5,101 nt of DNA. Origin: a virus. The position numbers and the translations under genes were made by a program. The notes beneath the pieces are model-generated. The model worked only from the letters and a program-made list of their open reading frames with translations. It did not search any database and was not told the origin of the DNA. Below are positions 1 through 4,464 of the stretch, one piece after another. Location: positions 1-5,101 of the IMG/VR virus record IMGVR_UViG_3300020030_000016; one strand, given 5' to 3'. Positions within the stretch are counted from its first letter, which is position 1. Every line of letters starts with the position of its first letter.

Positions 1-121
1 CAGAAAGGCGATTCCAATGAAATATTGGATTCTTCTCGCATTTCTGATCAGCCTTCTTGGGTACTCAACTCTCCCGGCACTAATGCTTATCCCGGTTATG
101 CCTGTCCTCCTCGTGGCAAGC
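1..121. repeat. Terminal direct repeat, copy 1 (identical to 4981-5101). It marks the circularisation overlap of a 4,980-nt genome.
   Basis: A base-by-base comparison of 1-121 with 4981-5101 shows identity. The repeat lies inside the VP1 reading frame and restores a full-length capsid gene when the ends are joined. Confidence 0.95.
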
Positions 122-1209
122 GTCATGATTACTTCACCTCTGCTCTTCCTTGGACGCAGAAGGGACCCGGCGTATCTATAGGCCTGGCCGGTACCGCTAC
201 TCTAGTTGACCCTTCGCCTGTTTCGGGCTACTTCGTTCAGCAATCCAACAGTAGCTTAGGTGCTGCGCAACTGTCTGAAGACGGCGGCGTTCATAGTATA
301 TACACTGGAAACGACTCATTGACCTACCAAGGTGGTTATAGCGTCTCTATAGCTGGTCACTCTGTCAATGGCTCCGGTACAGCTACTGTCACTGCCCAAC
401 CCGGTTCTTCATGGCTTTCTAAGTCTATTTATGCTGATCTGGATTCTTCTAGCATTTTCACGATCAACAGTCTTCGCACCGCTTTCCAAATGCAGAAGTT
501 CTATGAACGTCTTGCTCGCGGTGGTAGTCGTTACACAGAAGTGCTTCGCTCTTTCTTCGGCGTGGTTTCTCCGGACGCTCGTCTTCAGCGTCCTGAGTTC
601 CTCGGTAGTTTCACGAAGATGGTTAATGTCAATCCAATAGCTCAGACTTCCGCGACCGACGACACCTCTCCTCAAGGTAATCTTTCAGCTTATGGCGTTA
701 CTGCCGCTAAGTTCCATGGCTTCACTAAATCCTTCGTTGAGCACGGCTATATTATAGGCTTCGTCTGTGCCCGTGCCGACCTTACTTATCAACAAGGTAT
801 CAATAAGATGTGGCTTCGTTCTACGGTTTACGACTTCTATTGGCCTACATTCGCCCATCTTGGTGAACAGGCTATTGAACTTCGTGAGATCTACGCTCAA
901 GGCACTAACGCTGATACTACTGTTTTCGGTTATCAGGAACGTTATGCTGAGTATCGCTACAAACCTTCGCAGATTACTGGCAAGTTCCGTAGCTCTGTAA
1001 CTGATGGTAATCTAGACGTCTGGCACTTATCTCAGTTCTTCGGTAATGCCCCTACTCTCAATGAGGAATTCATCACGGAGAACCCACCCATTAAGCGCAT
1101 CATTGCTGTTCAAGATGAGCCTGAATTCTTGCTCGATATAGGCTTCCGTTATACTACTGTTCGTCCTATGCCTATGTTTGGGACTCCTGGTCTAGTAGAC
1201 CACTTCTAG
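1..1209 (+). CDS. VP1: Major capsid protein VP1 (Microviridae F-type capsid), C-terminal 402 aa plus stop. It is 5'-partial in this linearisation and continues in frame from 4465..4980 across the circular junction.
   Basis: Frame 1 is open from base 1 to TAG at 1207-1209. 4980 is divisible by 3, so the frame is continuous with 4465..4980. Recalled family-typical motifs are present: KRHDYFTSALPWTQKG, INSLRTAFQMQKFYERLARGGSRYTEVLRSFFGV..DARLQRPEFLG, and FGYQERYAEYRYKPSQITG. The TTG at 25 used by the ORF track is only an internal codon. Confidence 0.95.
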   Translation, partial: QKGDSNEILDSSRISDQPSWVLNSPGTNAYPGYACPPRGKRHDYFTSALPWTQKGPGVSIGLAGTATLVDPSPVSGYFVQQSNSSLGAAQLSEDGGVHSIYTGNDSLTYQGGYSVSIAGHSVNGSGTATVTAQPGSSWLSKSIYADLDSSSIFTINSLRTAFQMQKFYERLARGGSRYTEVLRSFFGVVSPDARLQRPEFLGSFTKMVNVNPIAQTSATDDTSPQGNLSAYGVTAAKFHGFTKSFVEHGYIIGFVCARADLTYQQGINKMWLRSTVYDFYWPTFAHLGEQAIELREIYAQGTNADTTVFGYQERYAEYRYKPSQITGKFRSSVTDGNLDVWHLSQFFGNAPTLNEEFITENPPIKRIIAVQDEPEFLLDIGFRYTTVRPMPMFGTPGLVDHF

Positions 1210-1223
1210 AAGGAGTTGGTTAT

Positions 1224-1910
1224 ATGTCTTGGCTCTCCAATACATTAGGTAGTGTTGCTGGTTCCGTTCTTGGGTCCGCAGTTCAGAACCATTATAATTC
1301 CGCTAATGCCGCACAGGCTAATGCGTGGAATGTTGAAAATTATAAACATCGTTATCAATGGGCTGTTGATGACATGCGTGCCGCTGGTCTCAATCCTATT
1401 CTTGCTGCGACCAATGGTATAGGCGGTTCTATATCTGGAGCTTCAGCTGCTTCTGTCGGCATGAGTGATATCGGTTCTACCATGAACTCTGCTAGAGCTG
1501 CTAGTGCCGCTGAACGCCAGGCTAAGAATGCCGAGCACCTTGCGATTTCTCAAATCGAAAAAAACGTCGCAGAAGCCGATTCTACGCGTCAGGCGACCCA
1601 TGGAATAGTTCTCGAGAATGGCATTAAAGCTAATAATTTAAATTTAGCCGAGCAGACTTACGAAAAACGCCTTGGTTACGAACTTCAGCGTATGGATCAG
1701 GAGCTTCAGAATCTCCGGCTTCAAGGTTCATACCTAAGCTCTGGCATACTTTCAAACATAGCTTCAGCTAATCAATCTAATTCTGCCGCGAGCTTCGCGT
1801 CCCAAAATGCTCGTCTCTCGAAGCAGGAAGCTGATTTCTATGATTCATTAGGTGGTAGTAATTCTGGCATCGGTCATATCCTTCGCGGTATTGGTTATCT
1901 CATTAAATAA
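1224..1910 (+). CDS. VP2: Minor capsid / DNA pilot protein VP2 (functional analogue of phiX174 H), 228 aa
   Basis: AGGAG at 1211-1215 lies 8 nt upstream of ATG 1224. The position directly after VP1 fits. The N-terminal Gly/Ser/Ala-rich segment is followed by NYKHRYQWAVDDMRAAGLNPILA, which resembles the conserved gokushovirus VP2 motif. The central region (AERQAKNAEHLAISQIEKNVAEA...ELQRMDQELQNLRLQ) looks like coiled coil, as expected for a tube-forming pilot protein. Confidence 0.85.
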   Translation: MSWLSNTLGSVAGSVLGSAVQNHYNSANAAQANAWNVENYKHRYQWAVDDMRAAGLNPILAATNGIGGSISGASAASVGMSDIGSTMNSARAASAAERQAKNAEHLAISQIEKNVAEADSTRQATHGIVLENGIKANNLNLAEQTYEKRLGYELQRMDQELQNLRLQGSYLSSGILSNIASANQSNSAASFASQNARLSKQEADFYDSLGGSNSGIGHILRGIGYLIK

Positions 1911-1923
1911 AGGAGTGGTATAT

Positions 1924-2163
1924 ATGTCTAACAAAACTACTATGATTCTAACCTTCATTGTTACTGTCGTCGTTCCATTCATTCAGGAAGTTGTGGACCT
2001 TATCGAAGCCCTGAAAGGTCGTTCTACTGCATCTACTCAGCTTGCGAGTAGAGTCGCATCCGACTTTTCGCACGATATTGACAAACTTGTTGATCCGGCT
2101 GCTAATAAGAGCGACTCTAAGAAAACTAGCCGTTTTTTCGGTTCTTGGAGGGACGCTAAATGA
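1924..2163 (+). CDS. Hypothetical small protein, 79 aa, with a hydrophobic N-terminal segment (MILTFIVTVVVPFI) and a polar/basic C-terminus. No family assignment.
   Basis: AGGAG at 1911-1915 lies 8 nt upstream of ATG 1924. This initiation cassette matches the VP2 cassette at 17 of 20 positions (1210-1229 vs 1910-1929). The stop overlaps the start of the next gene as ATGA (2160-2163), which suggests translational coupling. The 1852 start in the ORF track lies inside VP2 and has no SD, so I prefer 1924. Confidence 0.6.
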   Translation: MSNKTTMILTFIVTVVVPFIQEVVDLIEALKGRSTASTQLASRVASDFSHDIDKLVDPAANKSDSKKTSRFFGSWRDAK

Positions 2164-2270
2164 GACGCCGAAAATTATCTAAGCGTGGTTCTCGCCGTCT
2201 TTTTCGGCGTACCTCTAAATCTAGACGTAGAAATTTCAAAAGAGTAGGACGAGGTGGATTTAGGATTTGA
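2160..2270 (+). CDS. VP8: Small arginine-rich DNA-binding/packaging protein (gokushovirus VP8/ORF8, phiX174 J-like), 36 aa: MRRRKLSKRGSRRLFRRTSKSRRRNFKRVGRGGFRI
   Basis: Hand-translated; it is too short for the ORF track. GGAGGG at 2147-2152 lies 7 nt upstream of ATG 2160. 18 of 36 residues are Arg or Lys. The pattern SRRLF.RT...RGGFRI resembles the recalled Chlamydia-phage ORF8 pattern (RRSRRLFSRTA...RGGIRF). TGA is at 2268-2270. Confidence 0.85.
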   Translation: MRRRKLSKRGSRRLFRRTSKSRRRNFKRVGRGGFRI

Positions 2271-2295
2271 CAGTCTGACTTAATCCTGATACAAT
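2267..2295 (+). promoter_or_regulatory. Sigma70-type promoter candidate upstream of VP4: -35 TTGACA (2267-2272), 17-nt spacer, extended -10 TGaTACAAT (2287-2295)
   Basis: The -35 hexamer is a perfect consensus match, the spacing is optimal, a TGn extension is present, and the -10 matches 5 of 6. The predicted start near 2302 is just 5' of the AGGTGA SD (2302-2307) and ATG 2313. The -35 overlaps the VP8 stop codon. Confidence 0.55.
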
Positions 2296-2312
2296 CGGTA
2301 TAGGTGATCAAT

Positions 2313-3224
2313 ATGGTGTGTTATAATCCTATACTCATGTACCCGGTCGAAGGAGCAATCACGAAAAACGGAAAACAGCATTATAGTTTCTACGGCAGTC
2401 TTTCCTCTCACCCTGAACTTGCTGGCGATAGCCGTTTCATTCGTTGTTCCTGTAAGCAGTGCATCGGCTGTCGGCTCGAAAACTCTCGTCAATGGGCTGT
2501 CAGAGCTGTTCACGAAGCCCGCACTTCGTCTTCAGCTTATTTCGTTACGTGCACTTTCGACGATTACCATCTGCCGCGCGATAAGAGTCTGAGCAAGAAA
2601 TTTCATCAGACCTTCATGAAAAATCTTCGTCGTGAGTATGGCAGTGGTATTCGCTTCCTCGGCTGTGGTGAATATGGTGAACTTCATGGTCGTCCCCATT
2701 ATCATTATATATTGTTTAATATTGATTTCTCTGATAAAGTTTTTCGGTTCCGTGCAGACGGTTATAATACTTATACCTCTGCTCGTTTTTCGAAAATCTG
2801 GAAATACGGTATGCACCTTATTGGTGAATTTAGTTTCGACGCTGCTGCTTATGTCGCGCGCTACATAGTGAAGAAACAGACTGGTAATAATGCTGCTGCT
2901 CACTATAATGGCCGTACGCCTGAGTTCATGCTGGCATCCAATCGTCCCGGCATAGGCGGAAAATGGCTTGAAGAGCATGGTGAAGAGTGTTATGCTAATG
3001 ATTTCGTTGTTATTAACGGCAGGAAAATGCGTCCCCCTCGTTATTATGATAAGAAGTTTGACGAAACGCATCCTCATTGGATGGAGTATATTCGCAGTAA
3101 CCGTATTGAGAAGATGCTTCATAACTTGGAGAACAATACTTATGAGCGTCTTGTTGACCGCTGCCGTTTTCAAGAAGGTAAATATAAACATTTTCTCGGC
3201 AGAAAGCTTGACAAGGTATTATGA
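2313..3224 (+). CDS. VP4: Replication initiation protein VP4 (HUH rolling-circle endonuclease, phiX174 gene A family), 303 aa
   Basis: AGGTGA at 2302-2307 lies 5 nt upstream of ATG 2313, giving N-terminus MVCYNP. The GTG at 2304 in the ORF track overlaps the SD. Motifs seen: Cys cluster CSCKQCIGCRLENSRQWAVR; motif I FVTCTFDD; HUH motif PHYHYILF (H-Y-H codons 2697-2705); and a two-tyrosine catalytic motif YVARY (Tyr codons 2850-2852 and 2862-2864) spaced like phiX174 A YVAKY. Confidence 0.95.
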   Translation: MVCYNPILMYPVEGAITKNGKQHYSFYGSLSSHPELAGDSRFIRCSCKQCIGCRLENSRQWAVRAVHEARTSSSAYFVTCTFDDYHLPRDKSLSKKFHQTFMKNLRREYGSGIRFLGCGEYGELHGRPHYHYILFNIDFSDKVFRFRADGYNTYTSARFSKIWKYGMHLIGEFSFDAAAYVARYIVKKQTGNNAAAHYNGRTPEFMLASNRPGIGGKWLEEHGEECYANDFVVINGRKMRPPRYYDKKFDETHPHWMEYIRSNRIEKMLHNLENNTYERLVDRCRFQEGKYKHFLGRKLDKVL

Positions 3225-3236
3225 TTGTGTTATTAT
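3208..3236 (+). promoter_or_regulatory. Sigma70-type promoter candidate inside the 3' end of VP4: -35 TTGACA (3208-3213), 17-nt spacer, extended -10 TGtTATTAT (3228-3236)
   Basis: The -35 is a perfect match, the spacer is 17 nt, TGn is present, and the -10 matches 5 of 6. The predicted start near 3243 is upstream of ATG 3255. The architecture is the same as the 2267 and 3731 candidates. Confidence 0.5.
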
Positions 3237-3254
3237 TTAATCGGAAACGAGGTG

Positions 3255-3494
3255 ATGCCTATTAGCGAGCTTGAAGCTGTTAATAATTTCTGCCGCGAGC
3301 GTAATATTTCTTTCAATTACTCTTTTTGTGGCAGTAAATATGCCGCCTACCGGCTTAAACCTGATGATTCTAGGGTTATTCGTCTTGATAATGACTATTA
3401 TGTCATATCAGCTACGCTATATCTCATGATTCGCAGGTATCTAGTTGCATTAAGAAAAGGAGATGGTTCCGCTGAGACTCTATTCAATCTATGA
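3255..3494 (+). CDS. Hypothetical protein, 79 aa, located between VP4 and VP5. No recognisable family.
   Basis: The open frame fills the VP4-VP5 gap. Third codon positions are strongly T-biased (cct att ctt gct gtt aat cgt tct...), as in the confirmed genes. The 3' end overlaps the VP5 start by 32 nt. The start is uncertain: ATG 3255 or GTG 3252 follows GAGG (3249-3252) with very short spacing. TTG 3225 in the ORF track would lie upstream of the predicted transcription start. Confidence 0.5.
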   Translation: MPISELEAVNNFCRERNISFNYSFCGSKYAAYRLKPDDSRVIRLDNDYYVISATLYLMIRRYLVALRKGDGSAETLFNL

Positions 3495-3753
3495 TTCTAA
3501 GGCTGAACAATTCAGCCCTCCACAGGTTTATCACAATGACATGCTCGCCCTGAGAGCATTCGAAAGATTGGTCAACGATGATGAGACGCTTATTAACAGT
3601 TATGCTGAAGATTTCAGTCTTCATTATGTCGGTAACCTTGGCGATACTGATGGCCGTTACTATATTGAAAGTTCTGACGAATCCCGCGTTCCTATATTGG
3701 TTGGTCGCGCCGTAGACTATGTCAAGGATCTTGACGAAGACCCCATTAAATGA
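3463..3753 (+). CDS. VP5: Nonstructural protein VP5 (gokushovirus ORF5; proposed phiX174 C-like role in ssDNA synthesis/packaging), 96 aa
   Basis: The N-terminus LYSIYDSKAEQFSPPQVYHNDMLALRAFERLVNDDETLINSYAEDFSLHYVGNLGDTDG matches the recalled VP5 pattern (..SVYDSKAE.F.PPF......A.R.F...VND......H.EDF.L..IG.FD...G). The position after VP4 fits. AAGGAG (3457-3462) abuts ATG 3463 with no spacer, so the exact start is less certain than the gene call. Confidence 0.85.
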   Translation: MVPLRLYSIYDSKAEQFSPPQVYHNDMLALRAFERLVNDDETLINSYAEDFSLHYVGNLGDTDGRYYIESSDESRVPILVGRAVDYVKDLDEDPIK

Positions 3754-3759
3754 TAAAAT
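3731..3759 (+). promoter_or_regulatory. Sigma70-type promoter candidate at the VP5 3' end: -35 TTGACG (3731-3736), 17-nt spacer, extended -10 TGaTAAAAT (3751-3759)
   Basis: The -35 and -10 each match 5 of 6, the spacer is 17 nt, and the TGn element is the VP5 TGA stop codon itself. The predicted start near 3766 is about 10 nt upstream of the terminator hairpin and about 95 nt upstream of VP3. Confidence 0.45.
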
Positions 3760-3776
3760 AATAAAGAGCGTGTCAG

Positions 3777-3811
3777 AAAAAGGACGATCTCACGGAGATC
3801 GCCCTTTTTTT
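3777..3811 (+). terminator. Rho-independent terminator: AAAAAGGACGATCTC / GAGATCGCCCTTTTT stem (one A:C mismatch) closing a 3-nt loop (ACG), followed by a T7 run
   Basis: Pairing read directly from the sequence: 3777-3791 with 3795-3809, one mismatch at 3784:3802, GC-rich core, T-run 3805-3811. The A-run on the 5' side makes it look bidirectional. It lies 24 nt after the VP5 stop. Confidence 0.75.
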
Positions 3812-3859
3812 GTACGCCACGCCCGCCGCGTCTAGGCGCCTGCGAAAGGAGGTGAAACT

Positions 3860-4342
3860 ATGAAGTTTAGAACAGCTTACGATCCTGTAGAAACTCATGA
3901 CCACTGTGGTATTGAATTTACTATGCCGTCCCTAACTGTACAGGACGAGAAAGATGAAACTGATATCAACTATATTGTGAATAAGTATGCCGATGGTCAA
4001 AAAGGCATAGCTACTCTGGATCTCGGTGATAGTTCGCAGTATGCTTATCTTCAGTTCGGAGATGCAACGCTTCCCGGTGACTATAGCACCGCTCTGGAAT
4101 TAGTGTCCGGAGTCCGCGAAGAATTCTACAGTCTGCCCGCTTACGTTCGAGCTAAATTCGGTCATGATCCCATGAATTTCATTAACCAATTGAATGATCC
4201 TGCAACGCTCGAATATCTCCAGCAGCAAGGTCTGTATGGTAGTAATTATACCTCTGATAAACCACAACAGTCCATGAGTAATGAACAAACACAAGAAAAA
4301 AGTAACACTTTAGATCAAAATAATGAAAAAACACAAAAATAG
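3860..4342 (+). CDS. VP3: Internal scaffolding protein VP3, 160 aa
   Basis: A strong SD, AAGGAGGTGA (3846-3855), precedes ATG 3860. Sequence features PSLTVQDEKDETDINYIV, FGD..LPGDY..ALE, and EFYSLPAYVRAKFGHDPMNFINQLNDP fit the recalled gokushovirus VP3 pattern (SLT.Q.F....DIN.I ... F..LPA.IR..F.NDP..F..F..DP). It sits immediately upstream of VP1. Confidence 0.85.
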   Translation: MKFRTAYDPVETHDHCGIEFTMPSLTVQDEKDETDINYIVNKYADGQKGIATLDLGDSSQYAYLQFGDATLPGDYSTALELVSGVREEFYSLPAYVRAKFGHDPMNFINQLNDPATLEYLQQQGLYGSNYTSDKPQQSMSNEQTQEKSNTLDQNNEKTQK

Positions 4343-4390
4343 CGGCACCGAAGCCAGTTACTTACTTGATGTAACTGGCGTAGGTGACGC
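4342..4390 (+). other. Long imperfect hairpin starting at the VP3 stop. The distal stem is a perfect 9 bp (GCCAGTTAC 4353-4361 / GTAACTGGC 4371-4379) with 9-nt loop TTACTTGAT. The proximal stem is 8 bp (GCGGCACC 4342-4349 / GGTGACGC 4383-4390) with one mismatch. Candidate replication origin or regulatory structure.
   Basis: Complementarity read directly from the sequence, including a 3x3 internal loop. It lies in the largest non-coding region of the genome. No T-run follows, so it is not a canonical intrinsic terminator. Confidence 0.6.
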
Positions 4391-4402
4391 ATAATTTAAC
4401 TA

Positions 4403-4442
4403 AAACCTAATAATATTTCGCTTCAGGTTAATTATTAGGTTT
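4403..4442 (+). repeat. Perfect 12-bp inverted repeat AAACCTAATAAT (4403-4414) / ATTATTAGGTTT (4431-4442) around a 16-nt loop, ending 8 nt before the VP1 ribosome-binding site
   Basis: The two arms are exact reverse complements, read directly. The stem is AT-rich. Function is unknown: it could be a ssDNA structural element, a complementary-strand origin, or a translational or transcriptional control element. Confidence 0.6.
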
Positions 4443-4464
4443 ACACTTCGAAGAAGGTGAGAAA

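Noticed and set aside
1-121. The 121-nt direct repeat at both window ends, considered as a biological terminal repeat (DTR/LTR) or a duplication
   Set aside because: The repeat lies inside the VP1 coding frame, and joining the ends restores one intact capsid gene. Microviridae genomes are circular ssDNA. This is the expected signature of a circular contig linearised with an assembly overlap.
368-640. Alternate-frame + strand ORFs nested in core genes (368..640, 767..1000, 2632..2868, 2968..3240, 4457..4729). Several are very hydrophobic and superficially resemble phiX174 E-type embedded lysis genes.
   Set aside because: They are Leu/Ser/Phe/Val-rich, which a T-rich coding strand produces out of frame, and none has a convincing SD. 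ORF 4457..4729 simply overlaps the true VP1 frame. An embedded lysis gene cannot be strictly excluded, and 368..640 has a plausible TM segment (GFLSLFMLIWILLAF). There is no positive evidence, though; conservation of the overlapping frame in relatives would be needed.
1852-1923. Longer ORF-track starts: 1852 for the small hydrophobic ORF, 2304 (GTG) for VP4, 3225 (TTG) for the orphan ORF, and 25 (TTG) for VP1
   Set aside because: Start 1852 lies inside VP2 with no SD, whereas ATG 1924 has AGGAG at 8 nt. Start 2304 is inside the SD that serves ATG 2313. Start 3225 precedes the predicted transcription start, although it remains possible. Position 25 is an internal Leu codon of the wrapped VP1 gene.
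2532-3191. Long 219-aa minus-strand ORF antisense to VP4, together with the other minus-strand ORFs (409..675, 685..900, 2280..2513, 4100..4294)
   Set aside because: All lie fully antisense to well-supported + strand genes. Their translations are low-complexity and Ile/Thr/Phe-rich, and no SD precedes them. Microviridae are transcribed from one strand only. They most likely persist because stop codons are depleted opposite T-rich codons.
3384-3392. Second partial match to the phiX174 origin core (CTTGATAAT vs CTTGATATT) inside the orphan ORF
   Set aside because: It lies in coding sequence, has no flanking stem, and lacks the A preceding CTTG. It is kept only as the alternative site to test if the 4364-4370 loop motif is not the VP4 nick site.
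4366-4395. Possible promoter TTGATG (4366-4371)-N18-CATAAT (4390-4395) upstream of VP1, and TTGACA (2078-2083)-N19-TAATAA upstream of VP8
   Set aside because: The first has a 4 of 6 match at -35 with an 18-nt spacer, lacks the TGn element, and is buried in the hairpin. The second has a 19-nt spacer and a 4 of 6 match at -10. Both are much weaker than the three matched promoter candidates, so they are not reported as features.
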